NCBI GenBank assembly: GCA_051294375.1
Contig: CM119267.1
Coordinates: forward strand, 5,531,455 to 5,595,454
Direction: 5' to 3'
Source: Paraspadella gotoi
Taxonomy: Eukaryota; Animalia; Chaetognatha
DNA: 64,000 nt
Made by a program: the position numbers and the translations under genes. Below the pieces are notes generated by a model that saw nothing but the letters and a program-made list of their open reading frames with translations, ran no database searches and was not told the DNA's origin. This document shows, piece by piece, positions 53,753-64,000 of this stretch (its first letter is position 1; the number at the start of each line of letters is the position of its first letter).

Positions 53753-56559
53753 AACAAACTAATAGGCAAGTTATAAAGCGTTTTTAACGTAAGTGGACAG
53801 GACCAATGACGACGGATCGGACCGACGGACGCCGACCGACCGAAAAGTGACTTATACAGTTGCTCCGCGAGTACTCGCGGCGCAACTAAAAAAAGAAGAG
53901 AAAAACTCATTAGAGAAATTTACGATTATTGTGAAATCGACTAAAACGGCGAAGTTTCGTGCAGACTGTAGACGAGGGTTTGAGTCTGGGTGAAAGTTTT
54001 GAGTCCATGCGCCCCTTTTTTTTCCTTTTTTTCCCTTTTTTTAAATTTGTTGTCATCTTCTTTCCTTTTTCTTTCTTTTTTCCTGTCTTGCTTTTTCTCT
54101 TTTATTTTCTATTACCACTTTCTTCTTCTTCCGCTCAATTCGAATTTTTTGGTTATATTATCTCACTTCCTTTCCTTTCTTATTTTTCTTTTCTCATCTT
54201 CTCTTTTACTTCTTTAATATTCTACTACTTTTTCTCATTTTTTTCTTATTTGCCTGTGTTACTCTTCTCTTTTTCACCTCTATTCCCTTCTCTTTCCTTC
54301 ACCTTCCTTCTCTCTTCTCTCCAGACATCCTCCCCTCTTCCCTTCTCTTCTCTTTCCCTTCCTTTCCTTTCTCTCTCCCCCCTTTCCCAACTCTATACAT
54401 CAATATCAAATCAGTGGTTCCCCGCCTCGAAATTACATTTTAATCTTCGCGCCGAAAAACTTCTCCGACTCACCGCGAAAACCGGATTCTCGTTGTCGAG
54501 TCTGCATTTTCTAAAACTTATTCTTCATCCGTAGTTGAAAGAAGGAGGAATGACTAATTTTGACTCCCAGAGTCAGGCGAAGACGTTGTCTGGGACGGTT
54601 AGTTGGGATCCTAGACTTATCTTTTTAGTCGCGCCTACGAAAGATTTTTCTTGATCAATCAAATCAATCAATCAATAAAAATTATAATTGACTTTTGCGG
54701 AGCTAAAAAAAAAGCATAATGGATTTTCGAGCCGGAACGAACTTTCAATCTGAAAACTACGGTGAGATGCCATCATTTTCACTGCAGATTCGACGTTCCA
54801 ATGAAAAGTGATTCAACGTCGATGGTGTCTGTAATTTAAAAAGCGGATGACTTTACTTCTCCTTCTGTCAAATTCTTTTTCGTCGCTGTTAGACTTTCTT
54901 TCTTTCTTATTCTTATTTTTCTTTTTTTTTCGCCCATGGCCCTTATTTTCGCTTGGAACTGATTTTTCGCATTTTTTTCCCGCTTAGCCTTTCGCTCTTT
55001 CGCCCCTAGCTCTTCAACCTTTCCGCCCTTCTCACTTCGCCTTTCGCCTTTCGCTTTCGCTTAACGCTCTTCGTCTTTCGCAGTTCGCCTTTCGGCTTTA
55101 AACTTTTGGGTCCTTTTTCTCTTTGCCTATATGCCTTCGCCTTTCGACTTTTGCATAACGCCATTCGCCTTACGCCTTTTCATCTTTCTCGAGTTTGTCT
55201 TTTGCTTTAATCTTTCGATCTTTTGCCCTTTCCTATATTGCCTTCTCGCCTTCTCGCCTCTCCCGCCGTTCCGCATATCGCCTTTCTCCTTTCGCCTTCG
55301 CTTTTCGCCTTAGCTTGTTCGTCGTTCGCATTTTCGCCTTTCGCCCTTTCGCCTTTAATCTTTCCGCCTTTCGCTTTCACTCTTCATCCCTTCGCCCTTT
55401 CATCTCTGGTTTCTTTCCACTACCCTCTTTCCTTCTTTTGTCACTCTCTCTTCACTCTCACAATCTTCTTTGTTATTTTCTTTTTTTTAATCTTTCCCTT
55501 TTCTTTTCCTTTCGTTTTCAACTTTGACCTTCACCCTTCCTGTCTTTTTTTTAACTTCACCCTTTCTTCCCACAGTTTTTCATTCTCATATTTTCCTAAC
55601 CTCCTGTTTTTTTTTTTTTTTAAATTTCTCTCTTCTTCCTTATTCCTTCTCCTTCATTCCTCACTCTCTCTCCCTCTCTCTCTTTCCCCATCCGACTCAT
55701 TGATAATTCCCTCGGGAGAAAAGATTCACATTTCACATCCTTTTGATTTCACATTCACCATCACGGTTTTTTGCCTTCTTTTACCCTTTCTCTCTTTTCC
55801 TCCCTTTTCCTTTCTGTTCCTCCCTTTTCTTTCATCTCCGTTCCTCTCTTTCCTGCCATACCTTTTCTATCCGTTCTCTCCTTTCTTTTCTAACCTTCTC
55901 TCTTATTCCTCCCTTTTTCTTTCTCTCTTTTCCTCCCATTCTTTCCTCTCCGTTTCCTCTCCTTTCTTTTCTCCCTTGCCTCTCTTATTCCTCCCTTTTC
56001 TTTTCTCTCTTTTTCCTCATTCCTTCCCTCTCTGTTCCTCTCGCTTTCTTTTCTCCCTTTCCTCTCTTTTCCTCCCTTTTCTTTTACTCCCTTTCTGTTT
56101 CCTTTTCTCGCTTTCCTCTCTCTCCCCCTCTTTTCCTTGCCCTTGTGACTGTAAAAGCCAAAACGGCGGAACGAAGCATCACGCGAACTGGAATCGACAA
56201 ACAACGACAACGAACACAAACAACGGACAACGCGAATTCACACCGAACAAAACTGTATATATTTATTTTTCCCTCTTTTTTCCTTCGTCCTTCTGAACAG
56301 CTCGACGGACCGTAGCTGAAGGCAATAAAAAAAATACCGATTCTGTTGTATATAAACAAACCATAACAAAAACAACATAAAAAACACAAACAGAAGGATA
56401 ACTCGTCGCTGATGAGACTCTCTCGACGCCGGGCGATGCCGGACGGCGCCCGGATGACGCCGACAATCGACGCCGCTCTCGTGAAATCGGCGCGGCGACT
56501 CAGCACTTAATGCATGTTGTAAAAACCGCGGGTGTGCCTGAGAGAAGAAAATCAATCTA

Positions 56560-56651
<92 letters not shown>

Positions 56652-56854
56652 GTTATCGATGTTAAGTCGTCACCTTTAACCTCGCCACCTTTCCCTCCAC
56701 CTCGACCGTATGTGCCATTGCCGAATTGCGATCGTTTGGGATCCCTTGTCTTGAGATATGCTCCTCGTCTGTTGGCATGCCTTTAGCTTGCTTTACTTTT
56801 CCCTGTTTGTAAGCATAATTCCGTAGTGTCCGTCGGCTTAATCTTGGTTTTTGT
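53753..56854 (+). repeat. Inverted duplication 3, left arm
   Basis: Reverse complement of 57111-60134. The six-frame track shows an identical ~165-aa stretch in ORFs 55223..56296(+) and 57629..59002(-). Confidence 0.96.
54980..55395 (+). repeat. Degenerate 7-bp (TTCGCCT)n repeat, mirrored as (AGGCGAA)n at ~58535-58950
   Basis: Many ttcgcct(t) units. Confidence 0.9.
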
Positions 56855-56904
56855 CGTTGTCTGTTGTCTTTTTAGTTTGAGTTAATTTCCTCGTTCTCTC
56901 TCTC

Positions 56905-56985
<81 letters not shown>

Positions 56986-57110
56986 CCTCAAATCTCTTCA
57001 CTTCACAACATTTTATTTTTTCCTCTCGTTTCTTTTCCTCACTTACAATTCCAGTTCCCCCCCCCCGCCCCCTCGCCTCTTCACANNNNNNNNNNNNNNN
57101 NNNNNNNNNN

Positions 57111-57297
57111 ACAAAAAACAGAGTTAACGACGGGACACGGAATTATGCTTACAACAGGGAAAAAGAAAGCAAGCTAAAGGCATGCCAAAGACGAGGAGCA
57201 TACTCAAGACAAGGGATCCCAAACGATCGGCAATTCGGCATGGCACGGTCGAGGTGAGGGAAAGGTGCGAGGTTAAAGGTGACACTAACATCGATAC

Positions 57298-57395
<98 letters not shown>

Positions 57396-60134
57396 ATTTT
57401 CTTCTCTCGGGAACCCGCGGTTTTTACAACATGCATTAAGTCTGAGTCGCCGGCGCCGATTCCTCGAGACGCGGCGTCGATTGTCGGCGTCATCCGGCGC
57501 CGTCCGGCATCGCCCGGCGTCGACGAGAGTCTCATCAGCGACGAGTTATCACTTCTGTTTGTGTTTTTTATTGTTGTTTTTGTTATGGTTTGTTTATATA
57601 CACAGAATCGGTATTTTTTATTGCTCAGCTACGGTCCGTCGAGCTGTTCGAAGGACGAAGGAAAAGAGGGAAAAAAATATATACAGTTTGTTCGGTGTGA
57701 ATTCGCGTTGTCGTTGTTGTTGTCGTTGTCGTTGTTGTCGATTCCCGAGTTCGCGTGATGCTTCGTTCCGCCGTTTTGGCTTTTACAGTCACAAGGGCAA
57801 GGAAAGAGGGGGAGAGAGAGGAAAGAGAGGAAAAGGAGAAAAGGGAGTAAAGAAAAGGGAGGAAAAGAGAGGAAAGGGAGAAAAGAAAGGAGAGGAACAG
57901 AGAGGAAAGGAATGGGAGGAAAAGAGAGAAAAGAAAAGGGAGGAAAAGAGAGCAAAGGGAGAAAAGAAAGGAGAGGAACGGAGAGGAAAGGAATGGGAGG
58001 AAAAGAGAGAAAAGAAAAGGGAGGAAAAGAGAGCAAAGGTAGAAAAGAAAGGAGAGGAACGGATAGAAAAGGTATGGCAGGAAAAGAGAGGAACGGAGAT
58101 GAAAGAAAAGGGAGGAACAGAAAGGAAAAGGGAGGAAAAGAGAGAAAGGGTAAAAGAAGGCAAAAAACCGTGATGGTGAATGTGAAATCAAAAGGATGTG
58201 AAATGTGAATCTTTTCTCCCGAGGGAATTATCAATGAGTCGGATGGGGAAAGAGAGAGAGGGAGAGAGAGTGAGGAATGAAGGAGAAGGAATAAGGAAGA
58301 AGAGAGAAATTTAAAAAAAAAAAAAAACAGGAGGTTAGGAAAATATGAGAATGAAAAACTGTGGGAAGAAAGGGTGAAGTTAAAAAAAAGACAGGAAGGG
58401 TGAAGGTCAAAGTTGAAAACGAAAGGAAAAGAAAAGGGAAAGATTAAAAAAAAGAAAATAACAAAGAAGATTGTGAGAGTGAAGAGAGAGTGACAAAAGA
58501 AGGAAAGAGGGTAGTGGAAAGAAACCAGAGATGAAAGGGCGAAGGGATGAAGAGTGAAAGCGAAAGGCGGAAAGATTAAAGGCGAAAGGCGAAAGGCGAA
58601 ATGCGAACGACGAACAGCGTAAGGCGAAAAGCGAAAGGCGAAAGGAGAAAGGCGATATGCGGAAGGCGAGAGGCGAGAGGCGAGAGGCAATAGGAAAAGG
58701 GCAAAAGACGAAAGATTAAAGGCAAAAGACAAACTGAGAAAGATGAAAAGCGTAAGGCGAATGGCGTTATGCAAAAGTCGAAAGGCGAAAGGCAATAGGC
58801 AAAGAGAAAAAGACAAAAGTTTAAAGCCGAAAGGCGAACTGCGAAAGACGAAGAGCGTAAGACGAAAGGCGAAAGGCGAAAGGCGAAGTGAGAAGGGCGA
58901 AAGGTGAAGAGCTAGGGGCGAAAGACGAAAGGCTAACGGAAAAAATGCGAAAATCAGTTTCCAAGCGAAAATAAGGGCCATGGGCGAAAAAAAAAGAAAC
59001 AAAATAAGAATAAGAAAAAAGAAAGTCTAACAGCGACGAAAAAGAATTTGAACAGAGGAGAAGTAAAAGTCAATCCGCTTTTTAAATTACACCATCGACG
59101 TTGAATCACTTTTTCATTCGAACGTCGAATCTCACGTGAAATGATGCATCTCACCGTAGTTCAGATTGAAAGTTCGTTCACCTCGAAAATCCATTTTGCT
59201 TTTTTTTAGCTCCGCAAAAGTCAATTATAATTTTTATTGATTGATTGATTGATTGACAGAAAATCTTTCGTAGGCGCGACTAAAAAAGATAAGTCTAGGA
59301 TCCCAACTAAACCCGGTCCCAGACAACGTCTTCGCTGACTCTGGGAGTCAAAATTAGTCATTCCTCTTCTTTCAACTACGGATGAAGAATAAGTTTTAGA
59401 AATCAGACTCGACCGAGAATCCGGTTTTCCGGAGTCGGAGAGTTTTCGAGCGCGAAGATTAAATGTAATTTCGAGGCGGGGAACCACTGATTGAATTGAT
59501 GTATAGAGTTGGGAAAGGGGGGAGAGAGAAGGAAAGGAAGGGAAAGAGAAGAGAAGGGAAAAGAGGGGAGGAGATGTCTGGAGAGAAGAGAGAAGGAAGG
59601 TGAAGGAAAGAGAAGGGAATAGAGGTGAAAAAGAGAAGAGAACACAGGCAAATAGAAAAAAAAAGAGAAAAGAGTAGAATATTAAAGAGTAAAAGAGAAG
59701 ATGAGAAAAGAAAAAATAAGAAAGGGAAAGGAAGTGAGATAATATAACCAAAAAATTCGAATTGAGCGGAAGAGAAGAAAAGTGTAATAGAAAATAAAAG
59801 AAGAAAAAGACAAGACAGGAAAAAAGAAAGAAAAAGGAAAGAGATGACAACAAATTTAAAAAAAAGGAAAAAAAGGAAAAAAAAGGGGCGCATAGGACTC
59901 AACTTTCACCCAGACTCAAACCCTCGTCTACAGTCTGCACGAAACTTCGCGTTTATCGATTCCATAATCGTAATTTCTCTATGAGTTTTTCTCTCTTTTT
60001 TTAGTTGCGCCGCGAGTACTCGCGGAGCAACTGTATAAGTCACTTTTCGGTCGGTCGGTCCGTCGGTCGATCCGTCGGTCCATTGGTCTGTCCCACTTAC
60101 GTTAAAAACGCTTATAACTTGCCTATAGTTTGTT
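57111..60134 (-). repeat. Inverted duplication 3, right arm
   Basis: Starts exactly after the 25-N gap 57086-57110. cggaattatgcttacaac matches gtttgtaagcataattccg (~56805). Confidence 0.96.
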
Positions 60135-60260
60135 GCTCATTTGTTAAAAATAAAATCTAAGAGACTACTGGCGCCGTCTTTTGTTTTTAAATAAATCATA
60201 TAAACTATAAGGAATAAATGATATGATAAGTAAAAATAAAAGTAATGCGGCGCAACACCT
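59996..60260 (+). mobile_element. DINE-1/HINE-like non-autonomous element with 5' T-run, hairpin and (GTCG)n tract; truncated mirror copy at 53753-53895
   Basis: A T-run is followed by the 30-nt hairpin AGTTGC-G-CCGCGAGTACTCGCGG-A-GCAACT (60003-60032), then tataagtcactttt and cggtcggtcggtccgtc. A second diverged copy lies at 45007. The layout resembles Helentron-associated interspersed elements. Confidence 0.6.
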
Positions 60261-61602
60261 TGTTTTTTTATTCTTCTCTTTCTTTTTTACTTTGGCTTAG
60301 CTATCAAAAACAATATGGTTGAACATGAGGGGAAAAAAACAGTTCTTTTCGTGGGAAAGTAAAAAAACAGAGATGAGCTGGAATCTCTGAAGATGATGTT
60401 GACAACGATTGTGGTAAAAAGAGTCTCTCGGGGAGAAGCGAATATAACGCCGGGGGGGCAAAGCAGAATTACTGAGCGGGAATGGGCTGAAGAAAAAAAA
60501 AGTAAAAGATGCTAACGATGTTTTAAAGAAACGAGAAAATAAAAGGAAGAGATCGTCAGGAAACTAGACGGACAAAAAAAAAACAAAAACAGGACACGGA
60601 TGTACGGAAAATAAAAATAAAAACCTTAGAAAATGAAGGCCGATGCCAGGAAACGAAAGTAAAAAGCGTTGAAAAAAAATATTACCGGGCGATGAAACCA
60701 AAAATAGCGGAAAAAAAAGTAGAAGCCGAAAATAATGTTGGGATTAAGTAAAGGGAAAAAAACCGTCAGGACGAATTGGAGAAATAAACGGAATTTTTTT
60801 TTTGGTTTAAAGGAGGAAAAAGAAAAAAAGGAGAGTAAAAAGGAAAAAAAGGAGAGGAAAAAAGGGATATTAATCCGAAAAAGGAAAGGATCAACGTCCT
60901 GCGCCTGAGAAGAGACGAAGAAAATGAGTTGGAGAAATGAGAGGCGAGTCTCCATGCCAAATTTATAAAAAAAAATTACTAGTTTTCTAAAATGTACGAA
61001 ATATACATATGTAAAATGTACGAATTTGAGGTGCTGAATGAATGAGAAAGAAAACGTTAGCAATTTTCTTTTCTTTCAACGATCACGACGAAACTTAAAT
61101 CTCTCAATTAAAAAAATAATAATTTTTTGTTTCAAAATTGTTCAAAACTATTTAAAGTATAACCAGTAATCCGTTTAATGTCACGTGTACATATAAGCTA
61201 GATGAGAATAATCTGTCGAAAAAAGGGAGCTCAAGGAATCCCAATAAGTGTGGCCACGATTCGTCAGAAAAAAGAAATATAAAGTATTAGACCAGGAAGA
61301 TTTTTTTAAAACAAAATATTAGACATAACGCGAGAAAAAATAAGCGAAAAAAAAATGTAAAGGAAAAAAAACGAGTATTTTGCTTCGCGGTTTCTAATTA
61401 CCGACTTTTTCTTTCTCGTGGACGAAAAAAGTTGGTCGAATGTTTTTGATTAGATTTTTCTTTTCTTTTTTCTTTTTTTATTTTTTTTTTTAGTTCGTTT
61501 TCTTTCTTTATTTTTTCTTTGTTTGTTTGTTTTTGTCGAAAGGAAGAAAAAAAATGGAAGTTTTAAGGTCGAGCGGTCGACGTTGAAGAAGGGAATGAGA
61601 AT

Positions 61603-61658
<56 letters not shown>

Positions 61659-61981
61659 GAGAGAGAGAGAAGAGAAAAGGCGAGAGAGAGAGAGAGAGAA
61701 GAGAGAGAGAGAACGAGCGAGAAGAGAGAGAGAGAGAAGAGAGGGAAGAAAACCTTTTTTTTCCGCGACTGACGATAATGGAATTTTTTGCTCTAAGGTC
61801 GTAAATTAGAACAAAACGAATGAAACATCGGAAAAGAGAGGAAAGAAAAAAAAAAAGATGGGAGAAAAAAAAAGGAGGAAAAAAAAAGAAAAGAGAAACA
61901 AATAAAGAAGACGAAACAACACGGAAACGAAGAAGGGGTGAGTCGATAGAAGAAAGGAAAAGAATGATTAGGATATAAAGA

Positions 61982-62030
<49 letters not shown>

Positions 62031-63057
62031 GAAAAGAAGAGAGTTGGCCAATGAGTTTCAATGTCAGAAGCGATGCCAGACTCCAACGAGAGAACGATAT
62101 GAGGAAGGAGGAGGAGGAGGAGGAGAAAAGAGAGGAAGAAAGGAGGAGGAAAGTCGCGAATGAGAGAGAGAGAGAGTGAGAGAGAGAGAGAGAGAACGAG
62201 AGCTCGCTTGGAATACACGAAGAAGAAAGGGGAGGAAGAAGGAAGGGAGGAGGAAGAGAGGAAGATGAGAGGAAGGAGGAATTAAAGGTCTAAAAAAAGG
62301 AAAGGGAGGAAAAGAAAAGAAAGAAACGTAAGAAGAAAAAAATAAGAAAATTAAAGAGACAAGAGAAAAGGATGTAATAAGAAAGAGAAGAAACCCCAGG
62401 ATGTAATTGGAGAAGACCTGACGGTCGACGCTAAGGAAAAAAAATTGAAGGGGAATTGATACGAAATGAAGCCAGGAACCGGATGTAAGGGGAAAAAAGG
62501 ATTATCCGGGGAGGGGGGTGGTAGAAGAAAGGAAAAAGAAAGAAAAAGGGAAAAGACAACGAACGAACTGACGACAATGAAGATGAAAATTACGATGTGG
62601 ACAATGTTGTAAAAGTGATCCGAGCGAAAAATGGAACGAATTTATTTTTTTTTCTCTTCTCTTCTTCCTCCATTTTTCTTCCTTCTTTTTTTAGGGGGTT
62701 GGTGGGCGTGGCTGCACGTTTGAAGGGTCTTCACGCGCGACGACTTACTTCGGCGCAATTTGTCGTCGACTTTGAAAAATGCGCGGGAAAAAACTTCTTT
62801 TTTTAAAATTCTTTTATTCGATCTTTCGATACTCGTTTCAATTTTGCCTTTTTTTTTCTCTCCCGTTTTTTTTTCATATTTTTATCAATGTTACTTTTTC
62901 CTCTAGTTTTTTAATATTACTCAGTAGAGAAAATATTATATTGTCACAACGAATTTATTAGTAATAAACAAACATGTATCGAACCGGGATTTCTGTTCTT
63001 CGTCAGTGCATAAGTGTAACTGTGAAGTGCAAAATTGATTTAGTACAAACTGAGTGA

Positions 63058-63103
<46 letters not shown>

Positions 63104-63485
63104 TTTGTTGCGCAACACATTGGATGAACCGATCTTGTTTTAATTCCACTTATATGTTTCTCCCTTCGTTTTTGTATATTTTTTTATTATCAGAAATTAA
63201 TTTTATATTTTTTCCGTCCTTTGTTTACAATTTTCATTTTTCTGTATCTTTAAATTTCCTTCCTTTGGCTCGGTCTTATTTTTCGCTCGCGCTATTTTGT
63301 TTTTCTCCTATTTCTTTCTTTTTATTCATTTACTTTTTTTTCTCGGTTTTTCTACATTTTTTTTTCCGCTTCGAACTTACGTATTATCCGAAAAAAAAAC
63401 AGAAACCCGACTTCTAAATCGGAAAAACAAAACGTTTTTTTTTCTGCGAGAAAATGGCGGTCATCATGATGATCATCGTCGTTAG

Positions 63486-63486
<1 letters not shown>

Positions 63487-63557
<71 letters not shown>
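63487..63557. repeat. Long perfect (GTC/GAC)n trinucleotide microsatellite, ~23 units
   Basis: Read directly; the longest perfect example of a motif found at more than 15 sites in the window. Confidence 0.97.
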
Positions 63558-63559
<2 letters not shown>

Positions 63560-64000
63560 TTTTTTCCTTCCAGGAAACCCATTTAACTTACTTCCCGCAG
63601 CCGAACGGGAAAGTTCATTTTGTTCCGAGATCGTTTTTTCTTTCAGTCAGGACGGTCAGTGACTTTGATTCTACTTAGTACTTATATCAGTTCAGTTGTG
63701 GGATTCTGGATTATTTGCATATGATATAGACTATAATTTGACATTTTATAATAATCAAACTTAACGCTTTAAATTCGAGTTTAAACGAGATTCTATTTTA
63801 AAATTCATTCAAAATTCAAGTAAATAACGAAATACTCTACAATTCAACTACTACTTAACTAAGAAATCTTTAAGCTTAAGTCTCGGACTTGATTTTATAG
63901 TAAATAAAAAATGCGTAAATGTTGCCATGGAGATTTCGTATCCTTGATTAATGTTTACCCTCCTCGCGCGTAACGAGAATTTTCGAGCATACAAATTAGT

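Noticed and set aside
62975-63060. Possible tRNA-derived SINE head on the minus strand (ctcagtttgta ... ccggttcgatac)
   Set aside because: Box matches are weak, the spacing is too long, and there is no second copy in the window.

Overview
Eukaryotic, probably invertebrate metazoan, draft-assembly sequence; the taxon cannot be fixed from the sequence. It is AT-rich, saturated with (AG/CT)n and (GAC/GTC)n microsatellites, and has 12 N-gaps. I found no prokaryotic genes, CRISPR arrays, rRNA or convincing tRNA. Nearly all ORFs in the track are microsatellite translations or run through N-gaps. The dominant structure is three multi-kb inverted duplications: ~10866-15350/17483-21181, ~31353-37196/37366-43805 and ~53753-56854/57111-60134. 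Each right arm starts exactly after a 25-N gap and the arms differ mainly by small indels, which points to long-read gap-filling or chimera artefacts rather than real palindromes. Plausible real content is one large Ser/Pro/Thr-rich candidate exon (minus strand, 6371 downward), a few weak exon-like fragments, a degenerate Ty3/gypsy gag-like remnant, a DINE-1/HINE-like repeat family, several minisatellites (one a 15/30/60-bp hierarchical array) and a dense TGTCA motif cluster beside a perfect NRF1-type palindrome. I found no supportable novel biological system.
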